This document shows, piece by piece, positions 8,225 to 16,730 of a stretch of 64,000 nucleotides of DNA; the first letter of the stretch is position 1; each line of letters opens with the position of its first letter. The translations under genes and the position numbers were made by a program. The stretch lies in NCBI GenBank assembly GCA_036272055.1, contig DATAZL010000054.1, positions 33,219 through 97,218 on the forward strand, written 5' to 3'. A model generated the notes under the pieces. It was given only the letters and a program-made list of their open reading frames with translations, had not been told where the DNA came from and ran no database searches. Source of the stretch: Polyangiaceae bacterium (GTDB lineage: Bacteria; Myxococcota_A; Polyangia; Polyangiales; Polyangiaceae).

Positions 8225-10186
8225 CTAGTGACTCACGTTGGCGGGCTGACCGCCAAGCGTGTCCTGGCCCGCGAGCTTGTCGCGCGCGCTCTGATCTTGA
8301 TCGACGAGATCCTGGATCGACGTTCCTGGGGTGAGCACCGAGGAGGGAGCGCCCGCGTCACCGGGCGGGTTTTTGGGCGGCGGAGGCAGGGGCGCGCCGC
8401 CCTCGCCGGTCGGTACGCCGCCGTCGGGTACGGCGCCGCCGCACGTCGCTCCGTCGAGCAGCGACTGAAGTGACTTGAGCCGCCTGGGCAGAAACACGTT
8501 CGTCAGGGCAGGCGACGCGGCGAAGCACCGCGTGCCGTCGCCGCAGTCCTCGGTGAACTCTTCGTCCACGTGGACGAAGCCGTTCGACGACGGCGAGATC
8601 ACGCCGTGACCGAGCGAGACGCCGTTGGCCTCTTCGTGGCAGCCGATGCATGACCCGGCGAACTGCGCGCGCGTCGCGACGTCTTCCGGAGTCAGGCCCG
8701 TCCCGGCGAGACGGGTCTGGAGCAAGCTCCGGAAGGTGCCCGAGCCCTGCCCGAGGTGAAACGGGTAGTTCTGCGTGTTCCCGTCGTTCGGGCTCTCGGA
8801 GTCGTAGCAGGTGCTGTCGACGGGGAATCCCATCTCGGCAGGGTCGTCGGAGAGAAGACTGTCGAGGGCCGTGATGAAGCTCTTTCGGCAAGCATCGCCG
8901 GCGGGAAGCGTGGCGGTGTCGTTCCAGAGCGCGCCGTGCGGCGCGTCGACAACGGGGAAGGGGATGGCGCGCGTTCTCCCGGTCGGGTCGGTCATGACCT
9001 TGAACTCGCGCAGCGTCCACTCGAAGTCGTCGAAGTTGTTCGTCCTGATGCTGCCGGTGCCGACGCTGAGATTCGCGACGTTCTCGAACGCCGGGAAACC
9101 CTCAGCGACGAGATCAGGATCTCCCGTCAGGTACGCACCGGCGAGCGTCTTGCCGCGCGTGCCGGCGTCGGAGATGTCGCTGAGCTTCGCCCAGAAATCG
9201 GCGAGCGGTCGGCATGCAGCGACGCCGCACTCGGGGTGCGGGTTCGGGATCTGCGCCTCGATGATGATGAACATGCGGCTGTTCCCGATCGGCGCGTTGT
9301 TCGCGAAGATGAGCCGCTGCTGACCGCAATGCGACCCGTCCGCGGGCGCCAGATCGAGGCGGTTCACTGCTGCGAGCGGGAACCACTGCGAGAGATTCGA
9401 GATCTGCTGTGCCTCGAGCCGGTTGCAGGTGATGGGAAAGCCGTTCAACGACGGCGCGCCGCCGGTCTGCTCGTCTCCGCAGTGGGTCGCGGTCGGCTCC
9501 TGGCCGGGCGCAGTGCTGTAGCTGTCGATGATCTGCCGGTAGAGGAGCTCGGGATTCGCGGCGACCCCGCCGTTCGTCTGTATCGCGGAGAGCGTCGACG
9601 TCAGCGTGAACGCGGAGACCGCGCCCTGTCCGGTCTCGAGCAAGCTTCGTCGCGGGTTGAGGCCACTGGGAGGCGCACCCGCTTCGCGCTCGTGAATGCC
9701 GATCCCCACGATGAGGCGCCCGGGAGGGCCGAATGTCACGCGGCTGCCGTCGACCTGGAAGTCGAAGCGCACGAACGTCTCCTCGTCGGATCTTACGTCG
9801 GCGATCTGCACCTGGGAGCTGAGGAGAGACGCGCTCACCTGGAAGGCGGCGCCGTTGAGCCCATCGACCTGCTCGACGAACCAGCCCCCTTCGAGGATCG
9901 TGCTGTAGGTGCCCGGCGCGAGGAACGTCTCGAGGACGGGCTGCGAAGGGTCCGTCTCACCGTTCAGCGTCTTCTGGGCCGCGGTGCCTGTCAGGGAGGC
10001 GACGTCGAAGAATGCGTTACGCAGCCGGTAGACCTTGCCCGAATCGGACGTCGCCTCGAGCGCGAGGTCGAGCTTCCCCGTCGACGGCTTCGGAGCCGAC
10101 TTCACGGAACTCGAGTCGTCGTGTGAACAGCTCACCGCGACGCTCACGAGAACACCGATCAGAGCCGATTTCGCAATCGTTCGCAT
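8225..10186 (-). CDS. Large secreted lipoprotein with a shared N-terminal module and a C-terminal region containing a CxxCH motif
   Basis: 653-aa ORF with lipobox VAVSC. Its N-terminal roughly 170 aa are paralogous to the next gene (ALEATSDSGKVYRLRNA..., ETFVRFDFQVDGSRVTFGPPGRLIVGIGIHE). CIGCHEE lies near the C-terminus. Confidence 0.8.
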   Translation of the reverse strand: MRTIAKSALIGVLVSVAVSCSHDDSSSVKSAPKPSTGKLDLALEATSDSGKVYRLRNAFFDVASLTGTAAQKTLNGETDPSQPVLETFLAPGTYSTILEGGWFVEQVDGLNGAAFQVSASLLSSQVQIADVRSDEETFVRFDFQVDGSRVTFGPPGRLIVGIGIHEREAGAPPSGLNPRRSLLETGQGAVSAFTLTSTLSAIQTNGGVAANPELLYRQIIDSYSTAPGQEPTATHCGDEQTGGAPSLNGFPITCNRLEAQQISNLSQWFPLAAVNRLDLAPADGSHCGQQRLIFANNAPIGNSRMFIIIEAQIPNPHPECGVAACRPLADFWAKLSDISDAGTRGKTLAGAYLTGDPDLVAEGFPAFENVANLSVGTGSIRTNNFDDFEWTLREFKVMTDPTGRTRAIPFPVVDAPHGALWNDTATLPAGDACRKSFITALDSLLSDDPAEMGFPVDSTCYDSESPNDGNTQNYPFHLGQGSGTFRSLLQTRLAGTGLTPEDVATRAQFAGSCIGCHEEANGVSLGHGVISPSSNGFVHVDEEFTEDCGDGTRCFAASPALTNVFLPRRLKSLQSLLDGATCGGAVPDGGVPTGEGGAPLPPPPKNPPGDAGAPSSVLTPGTSIQDLVDQDQSARDKLAGQDTLGGQPANVSH

Positions 10187-10323
10187 GCAGTCTCTCCCGC
10201 TCGGCGCGTAGCGCCGCCCTTACTCGCCAGTGTTTTGCGTTTCCCCGCGCTCCCCCGCGCGCCGCCCGGACCGACCCGCTCGCCTTAAGATGGTCGGACC
10301 CGGACGGCGCGCTTGCGCCCCCC

Positions 10324-11364
10324 TCACGGAATGGCTTTTGCCCCTGCGGATCCACCCGCCGCAGAGTCCACCACCGCTCCAGCGTCTACGGGCGGCAGCC
10401 CCACGCCACCTCCCGTACCGCTAAACCCACCAGTGCCCCCGTCGAAGGTGCCGTTCCCTGAGCAGAACGACGTGTCGAAGGTGCAGAAGCCCGTGCAGAA
10501 GAGCGACCCGAACGGCTGGGAGCCCATCGTGAGCGACGCGCAGGTCTGACCGCCCAGGTCGAACCCGTCGCAGCTCTCGCCGGAGTCGATCTTGCCGTCG
10601 CCGCAGGTGCCGTTGCCGCCCGTCTCGTGGATACCGATCCCGACGATGAGACGACCGGGAGGTCCGAACGTCACGCGACTCCCGTCGACGAGGAAGTCGA
10701 ACTTCACGAACGTCTCCTGATCGGACGTGATGTCGAAGAACTGGAAGCTCGAGCTCTCGAGCGTCGCCGGTACGATCGCCGTGGTGCCGAGCAGGTTGTC
10801 CACCTGCTCCACGAACCAGCCGTCGAAGAGCTGGATGTCGTAGGGACCGGGCGCCATGAAGCGTTCGATGACCGGCGAGTTCGGGTCGTCTTCGCTGCTG
10901 AGGGTGATGGCACCTGGCGTCGAGCTGACGAAGCCGCCGCTCGAGAAGATGCCTCCGCCGGTGCCGAAGCCGCCGAACCCGGCTGTCGCAGAGCCACCGG
11001 AGCCGAAGAAGCCGCCGAATCCAGAGACGCCGCCAGAACCCACTGGGATGCTCCCACCGTCGCTGAAGACGGGGGAACCGGCTGAGCCCTGAACCGGTCC
11101 GCCGCCGTCGATCGAGCCGGTCTCGAGCGGCGTCGCCTTGCCACTGAAGAAGAACTCCGGCTCGACGAAGAACGTGGCGTTGCGGAGACGGTAGACCTTG
11201 CCCGAGTCGGACGTGGCTTCGAGTGCCATCGTCAGCGTTCCGTTGCGCTTCGCCGTTGGTGCCGACTCTTTCTGAGGAGTGTCGGCAGAGGAGCAACCGG
11301 CGACACCCCCGAGCGCGTACTGGAATGCGATTCCGACGGCCACAAACGAGATCAATCTTTTCAT
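10324..11364 (-). CDS. Secreted lipoprotein: shared N-terminal module, Gly-rich insert and a Myxococcus-type Cys-rich repeat
   Basis: I chose the ATG at 11364 (MKRLISFVAVGIAF...GVAGC lipobox) because it is preceded by GGAGGGA. The protein contains ALEATSDSGKVYRLRNA and ETFVKFDFLVDGSRVTFGPPGRLIVGIGIHE. C-terminus: CGDGKIDSGESCDGFDLGGQTCASL...CTGFCTFDTSFC. Confidence 0.8.
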   Translation of the reverse strand: MKRLISFVAVGIAFQYALGGVAGCSSADTPQKESAPTAKRNGTLTMALEATSDSGKVYRLRNATFFVEPEFFFSGKATPLETGSIDGGGPVQGSAGSPVFSDGGSIPVGSGGVSGFGGFFGSGGSATAGFGGFGTGGGIFSSGGFVSSTPGAITLSSEDDPNSPVIERFMAPGPYDIQLFDGWFVEQVDNLLGTTAIVPATLESSSFQFFDITSDQETFVKFDFLVDGSRVTFGPPGRLIVGIGIHETGGNGTCGDGKIDSGESCDGFDLGGQTCASLTMGSQPFGSLFCTGFCTFDTSFCSGNGTFDGGTGGFSGTGGGVGLPPVDAGAVVDSAAGGSAGAKAIP

Positions 11365-11522
11365 CGTTCCCTCCACACCCTTCTTGCACTCACGAAAATG
11401 AGAACCGACTCTGCAAACCCTCACACGCGATGACCTGCAATTCGCCCCGAAGCGCGGCGCTCACGAACCGCCAGGGTGCCTTGTGCCACCCTGTGCCTCT
11501 CACCGACGTGAACCCCAATCCA

Positions 11523-11538
11523 AGCAATTTGTCTGCCA
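11523..11538 (-). promoter_or_regulatory. Candidate sigma-54 (-24/-12) promoter for the 10324..11364 gene
   Basis: The minus strand reads TGGCAG-ACAAA-TTGCT. This differs from the consensus TGGCAC-N5-TTGCW at one position and has correct GG/GC spacing. It lies about 160 nt upstream of the ATG. Confidence 0.4.
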
Positions 11539-11647
11539 GACCCCACGTCTGACAAGCGCGACCCGAGTACCCTCGGAGCTTCCAGCGAAGCTCTCTATGG
11601 TGCTTCTAGCACACGACGACGGCTCACTGCGCGTCGAACTTTTTTCG

Positions 11648-12139
11648 TCAGAGGCCAGATGCGGCGGCGACGCGCTTCCACGCGCCACGTCCGCGCCACG
11701 GCGTGGTCAACGATTCGAAACGGAGCACGTCGCCCTGAAAGTCGCCCCAGCTCTCGTACGCAACACCGGTGTCGTCGAATAGCGTCAGCTTGAAGCGATC
11801 CATCGATGCGTCGTCGATGCGATAAGTCCGCGTCGCCTGCACGCCGAGCCCCGTGGCGACGAGGCGTCCTCCGTCGAGCTGTGCCGTCAGATGATTCAGC
11901 TGCATGCCGAGGAGCTGAGCGAGCATCGGCTCGAGCGGCACTTCGGGCTGAAAATCCACGAGAAGCCACGTCCCCTGGAGCCGCTCGTTCGCGGCGGCGA
12001 TGGCGCGCGCGGGGTCGCTGGCTCCGGAACGGCTGCCCCCACACGCCGTGGCACACAGAGCGAGGACGAGCGCGACCGTGAAGGAGACACGACGGCAAAC
12101 CGAACCCGAGGGCCGGACGAGCGGCGACATGCGCGGCAT
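11648..12139 (-). CDS. Small lipoprotein, possibly lipocalin-like; start uncertain
   Basis: The ORF runs to 12175 (GTG). In-frame ATGs at 12139 and 12130 precede the lipobox LALCATAC. The mature part begins ...RLQGTWLLVDF. It lies 26-60 nt downstream of the radical SAM gene on the same strand. Confidence 0.6.
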   Translation of the reverse strand: MPRMSPLVRPSGSVCRRVSFTVALVLALCATACGGSRSGASDPARAIAAANERLQGTWLLVDFQPEVPLEPMLAQLLGMQLNHLTAQLDGGRLVATGLGVQATRTYRIDDASMDRFKLTLFDDTGVAYESWGDFQGDVLRFESLTTPWRGRGAWKRVAAASGL

Positions 12140-12201
12140 CCTACACCACGTCGCTCGAACGGGGAGCGCGAGCACGAAGACCGACTCGCGCCGGCGGAGA
12201 C

Positions 12202-14130
12202 TCAGGTGGCGCTGATCGGGAGGCGTCGCTTGGGGCGCGGACGCGGGGGCACCGGGGCCTCCGCCGCTGCCGGCCTTGTGGAGGGTGACACGACGACGTC
12301 GAGCGGGCCGTCGGGCAACGGCAGATCCTGGTGCTTTGCGTAGACCGGGTGCTTGCCGTGCTCCTTGAACCAGTCGGCGACCGTCGCGGTCATGCGCATC
12401 TTCTCGATGATCTGTCGCCAGCCGACTCCGGTGTTGTACGCGCAGAAGGAGATCTCACCTTCTTGAGTGCCGTACGGGATGATGCACATCTCGGTGCGGC
12501 GGAAGTCGTAGTTGAACAGATCCTGGAACCACATCCCGGCGACGAACAGGAAGCGCCACTCGAAGTCCTTCGAGTCGCCCTCGCTCTGGCCGATGCTCTT
12601 GCTGTTCGCGCCGGTCTGGCTGAGCACCTGGCGGAAGAGCTCGCTGAAGCCGTAGCCCGCGGGCGCGTTCTCGGGGCGGTAGTTACGGAGCAGGGCGAGC
12701 GCCATGCGCGATAGCGTCGCGACGCGTCCGTGACCGGCGTCGGCGACGGCCTGGATGTCGCGAAGGAGCTGCTCGACGTCGACGAACGACGAGACGGGCA
12801 CCATCTGCTTCGTCTTCTTGTGGACGAGGAGCACCGTGCCGATCCCGCAGTTCGGGTGACAGCCGCAATTCAGCGACCCGAACCTCTCCGACGGATCGAG
12901 CAGGATGTCGACCACGTCGCTGAAGGGATTCATCGCGCTGAGCGGGAACCAGTCGCGGAGCGGCTCGGTCACGCCGAGCTGGCTCTTCAGGTCGTGGGCG
13001 AGATGGCTGAGCGTGTAGCGTTCCCGCTGCCGGCGTTCGTCCGTCACGTCCTCGTCCCTGCCGGTGAAGCTGACGGGCTGGAACGAGACGACGGTGACCT
13101 TGTCGGCGTTGTCGATCGCGAAATTGACGATGGGGCCGACCTGGTCGTTGTTGACGCCGTTCACCACGGTGACGACCAGAACGACGTCGATGCCCGCCTT
13201 GTGCAGGTTGTCGATGGCGCGAAGCTTCACGTCGAACAGGTTCCCGACCTTGCGATGCGTGTGCGCCTCGTTGCTCACGCCGTCGAACTGGAGATACACG
13301 AGCCGGAGGCCCGCCGCCTTCGCGGCGACGCAGAACTCCGGCTCCTGCGCGAAGCGAATGCCGTTCGACGCGCACTGCACGCAGAAATAGCCGACCTCGC
13401 GCGCGTACTCCGTCGCCTGCAGGAAGAACGGACTCAGGGTCGGCTCTCCGCCGGAGAACTGCACGCTGAGCTGGCGCCGCGGCTTGATCGTGATGCTGTC
13501 GTCGAGGATCTTCTCGATGTCCGTCCAGCCGAGCTCGTGCACGTAGCCGACCTGGTTTGCGTCCATGAAGCACGGGTCGCACATCATGTTGCAACGGTTC
13601 GTCAGATCGACGGTGAGCACCGAGCCGCGGCCGTACTTGATCGACGACGTGCCGTGATTCCGGAGGCTCGTCTTCGGCGCCTCGAAATCGCGACCGGGGA
13701 AGAGCCGCTCGATCCGCGCGAGGAACTCGTCGTCCATCGACATGATGTCCTCGTACTTGCCGTGCTTCGGACACTCCTTGACCATGTAGACCTTGCCGTC
13801 GCGCCCGATGATGTCGGCGGGGATCTGTCCGGGGCTCTCGTGAACCAGCGTCGACACGTCGACGTGACCGGAGAGGATCGCTGTGCGCGCGTCCTTCACG
13901 CATGCGGGGCAGAGAGAGTCCGTTCGCCGGGGCCAGCCGAGCTGCGGAAAGGTCCGCTTCTTCTTCCCGAGCGGCTCCGGCGCCCAGTCCCGCTCTCTCT
14001 GGCGCCTCGGGAGCGAGGCGGTCCAACTTTCTACGTGGGGCCAGAGTGCGGCGGCGCCACGGACTAGAAGCGATTCGGCACGTACGGCGAGGCCTCGTCG
14101 AACGTCAGCTGGTTGCATGTGCGACAGCAT
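12202..14130 (-). CDS. Radical SAM enzyme of the Tes / GDGT-MAS (MJ0619-like) architecture; start uncertain (ORF extends to 14265)
   Basis: Contains the CX3CX2C motif NRCNMMCDPCF, an N-terminal knuckle SLCPAC...VKECPKHG, an extra Cys cluster NCGCHPNCG, and the C-terminal MWFQDLFNYDFRRTEMCIIPYGTQEGEISFCAYN. In-frame ATGs at 14130 and 14118 are more plausible starts than 14265. Confidence 0.8.
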   Translation of the reverse strand: MLSHMQPADVRRGLAVRAESLLVRGAAALWPHVESWTASLPRRQRERDWAPEPLGKKKRTFPQLGWPRRTDSLCPACVKDARTAILSGHVDVSTLVHESPGQIPADIIGRDGKVYMVKECPKHGKYEDIMSMDDEFLARIERLFPGRDFEAPKTSLRNHGTSSIKYGRGSVLTVDLTNRCNMMCDPCFMDANQVGYVHELGWTDIEKILDDSITIKPRRQLSVQFSGGEPTLSPFFLQATEYAREVGYFCVQCASNGIRFAQEPEFCVAAKAAGLRLVYLQFDGVSNEAHTHRKVGNLFDVKLRAIDNLHKAGIDVVLVVTVVNGVNNDQVGPIVNFAIDNADKVTVVSFQPVSFTGRDEDVTDERRQRERYTLSHLAHDLKSQLGVTEPLRDWFPLSAMNPFSDVVDILLDPSERFGSLNCGCHPNCGIGTVLLVHKKTKQMVPVSSFVDVEQLLRDIQAVADAGHGRVATLSRMALALLRNYRPENAPAGYGFSELFRQVLSQTGANSKSIGQSEGDSKDFEWRFLFVAGMWFQDLFNYDFRRTEMCIIPYGTQEGEISFCAYNTGVGWRQIIEKMRMTATVADWFKEHGKHPVYAKHQDLPLPDGPLDVVVSPSTRPAAAEAPVPPRPRPKRRLPISAT

Positions 14131-14297
14131 AGCTGCGAGTGCGTTTTCGTTGCGCGTGAAAATTGGAAGGCAGAAGGGATCGGGCGGATCGGTGTGGCAA
14201 AAAGATCCGACTCTGCTTGCACTGACTCGTTGCGCGGGGAATTCTGACAAGGCTGGTGTCCGCATTCCTTGCGGACCCGCGATTCGAGGAGCGTTTT

Positions 14298-15212
14298 ATG
14301 TCGTCGTCCATCGTCAGATTCCGTCCTTCGCACGCCGTCCTCGGCGCGCTCGTCCTCGTCATGGGCTGTAGCTCTTCGCACGATGGGAACGGGGGAGATG
14401 CGTCCGCGGGCGGCGCTTCGGTGGGCGGCGCGTCGGGCGCGACCGCGAGCAGCGGTGGCGAAGGCGGCGCGGTCGGCACCGGCGGAGGGACGAATCCCGT
14501 CACCGGCAACGGGGGCACGTCCGCCGGGACGGGCGGCAGCGGTGCCGGTGGAGCGGCGTCCGGCAATGGGGGCACAGCGACGGGAGTGGGCGGTGCGGAT
14601 CCGAGCGCGGGCGGCGTGCCGCAAGGCATGGGTGGCAGGCGCGGACGCGGCGGCTCCCCGTTCGGCGGCAGCGCCGGCATGTCCATGGCGGGCGGCGCAG
14701 CGTCCTCGGGTGGCACGACGGCTACGGGCGGCGCAACGTCTGCTGGCGGCACCGGGGGCGCGTGCACGCCGAACACGGCATGCATGCCGGCCGCGCCGAG
14801 CACCGGCGACATCAACGCCGACTGCGTCGCGCGCGTGAACCAGTTCCGTGCGTGCGTCTGTCTCCCGCCGCTCCAGCGCTGGACCGACGGTGAAGCGTGC
14901 GCGAGCCAGGACGCGAGCTACGACGCCCAGAACCAGAGCATGGGAGCCCACGCCGGCTTCAAGAACAAGATCTGCGCCGCGGGCAACGCCCAGGACGAAT
15001 GCCCCGGCTGGAAGTCGGACGACCAGGTGATCTCGGGGTGCCTGCAGCAGATGTTCAACGAGGGACCGCCGCCCACCGCGACGTGCGACGGCACCTGCTA
15101 CGAGCAGCACGGCCACTACATCAACATGACGAACACGCGCTACACGATGGTGGCGTGCGGTTACTACACGGGCTCCGACGGCAAGGTCTGGGCCGTCCAG
15201 AACTTCAAGTGA
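14298..15212 (+). CDS. Lipoprotein with long Gly-rich linker and C-terminal CAP/SCP (PR-1-like) domain
   Basis: ATG at 14298 is preceded by GAGGAG. Lipobox LVMGC, then a Gly/Ala/Ser linker of about 130 aa. C-terminus: VNQFRACVCLPPLQRW...HAGF...GHYINMTNTRYTMVACGYY, typical of the CAP domain. Confidence 0.8.
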   Translation: MSSSIVRFRPSHAVLGALVLVMGCSSSHDGNGGDASAGGASVGGASGATASSGGEGGAVGTGGGTNPVTGNGGTSAGTGGSGAGGAASGNGGTATGVGGADPSAGGVPQGMGGRRGRGGSPFGGSAGMSMAGGAASSGGTTATGGATSAGGTGGACTPNTACMPAAPSTGDINADCVARVNQFRACVCLPPLQRWTDGEACASQDASYDAQNQSMGAHAGFKNKICAAGNAQDECPGWKSDDQVISGCLQQMFNEGPPPTATCDGTCYEQHGHYINMTNTRYTMVACGYYTGSDGKVWAVQNFK

Positions 15213-15215
15213 CGC

Positions 15216-16730
15216 TCACGGCGCGATGACGCGGTGAACGACGACGGGGGCGCCGAGCGTGCCGCTCGACGACGGTGAATCGGTGACGACGAACACCGTC
15301 GTGTCGTCGGGCATCGCCGTCGTCGCGAAGCGACACGTCACGTTCGGCGCGCGGAACGGCGAGAGGACGTTCACGCCGATCGCGTCAGCCGGACCCCGGT
15401 CGTAGAGCAGCGATCCGGTCACCAGCGTCTGACCGCTGACGGGCAGGACGCCCAGAGCGGTGACGAAGGCCGCCATCTCGCCGCGCCCGGTGTCGCCGGC
15501 GAGGACGACGACGACGCCGCCGGCATGAACGAACGCGTCCACCGCGTCGGCCATGGACGTCCCGGCCACGGCGAGGCGTCCGGCAGGCGCCGCGGGCTGG
15601 TCATAGACGAGCAGGACGTCGAACTTCGTCACGTTGAGCTCGTTGGCGACGTCGAGGCTCGACGTGGACGCCGTCAGCGTGAAGGCGCGACCGCGGTTCT
15701 GCGCGGCGGTCGTCAGCGTCGCGTTGACGACCGTGGTGACGGCCGGCGTCGCGTTCTCGGTGTACCCGAGGATACGGACGTTCGCCTTGGAACCGACGAA
15801 TACCGCGTTCTCGAGGAGCTGCTCGGGGGGCGTGCCGGCGCCGGCGGCCGTGCGAAAATCCATGCAGAACGTGATCTCGTGGCCCGCGGTCGCACCGACG
15901 CATTGCCCGCCCTGACAGATACCGGATGCGCAGCGACGACCGCACCTACCGCAGTTGTTCTCGTCACTGTCGAGGTTGACGCACTGGGTCCCGCACGCGA
16001 CGAGCGGCGGATTGCAGAGCGGCGTGCAGAAATAGCCGTCGCGGCCGTTCGAGCAGAGCGGCGCATCGGGCGGACAGGCGTTGTCGCACGAGCCGCAATG
16101 AGCGGAGGTGTCGTACGGCGTCGTGCAGACCGGACCGGCATCCGTCGTCGTGCCCGCGCTGCCCGCGTTACCGGCATTGCCGCCATTGCCCGCGTTACCG
16201 GCGTTGCCGCCACTGGCGGACACGCCGGCGCTGCCGCCGCCGCTCGTCCCGCCGCTGCCCGCCGTGCCGGCATCCGACGGCGAGCCCGGTGCGCCGCCGG
16301 TCGCGCCGTCAGGGAGCCCACCCTCGACCGATGCATCCGGCAGGGTGCCGCCCTCCCGCGAGGCGTCGCGCCGCTCACCTGCGTCGGTCGACGCGCCACC
16401 GTTGCTCGCGCCGCCGTTGCTCGCGCCGCCGTTGCTCGCGCCGGCTCTGCCGCCGGTTGCACCACCGGTTTCCGAATTGCCGCCGGAGCCGTTTCCGGTG
16501 CTGGCGTCGGCGCCACCGCAGATGCCGTCACTGCACGCCATGCCGTCAGCGCAGGCGTTGTCGCAGCGTCCGCAGTTCAGCGCGTCGGTGAGCGGATCGA
16601 TACAGTGCCCGGAGCAGGCGTCGAAGCCGTGACGACACTCGCCGCCCACGACGCCGCCGCTGCAGCCCGCCGGAACACCGCACCCGATGAGCGTGAGAAG
16701 CGCGAGCGCGTAGAGACGTGTGCGACGCAT
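15216..16730 (-). CDS. Cys-rich secreted lipoprotein (repeated NCGxCxxxC motifs) with an unknown C-terminal domain
   Basis: 504-aa ORF with lipobox LIGC. Motifs: NCGRCDNACADGMACSDGIC, HCGSCDNACPPDAPLC and NCGRCGRRCASGICQGGQC. The start ATG shares one base with the stop of the upstream OmpA gene (TGATG). Confidence 0.75.
   Translation of the reverse strand: MRRTRLYALALLTLIGCGVPAGCSGGVVGGECRHGFDACSGHCIDPLTDALNCGRCDNACADGMACSDGICGGADASTGNGSGGNSETGGATGGRAGASNGGASNGGASNGGASTDAGERRDASREGGTLPDASVEGGLPDGATGGAPGSPSDAGTAGSGGTSGGGSAGVSASGGNAGNAGNGGNAGNAGSAGTTTDAGPVCTTPYDTSAHCGSCDNACPPDAPLCSNGRDGYFCTPLCNPPLVACGTQCVNLDSDENNCGRCGRRCASGICQGGQCVGATAGHEITFCMDFRTAAGAGTPPEQLLENAVFVGSKANVRILGYTENATPAVTTVVNATLTTAAQNRGRAFTLTASTSSLDVANELNVTKFDVLLVYDQPAAPAGRLAVAGTSMADAVDAFVHAGGVVVVLAGDTGRGEMAAFVTALGVLPVSGQTLVTGSLLYDRGPADAIGVNVLSPFRAPNVTCRFATTAMPDDTTVFVVTDSPSSSGTLGAPVVVHRVIAP
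16393..16443. repeat. 15-bp in-frame tandem repeat x3 (encodes ASNGG x3)
   Basis: gcgccaccgttgctc / gcgccgccgttgctc / gcgccgccgttgctc, inside CDS 15216..16730. Confidence 0.8.

Noticed and set aside
12202-14265. Radical SAM enzyme as a RiPP maturase
   Set aside because: There is no small precursor-like ORF nearby, no SPASM-type CxxCxxxxxC tail and no transporter or protease genes. The N- and C-terminal motifs fit the lipid-synthase (MJ0619-like) architecture better.
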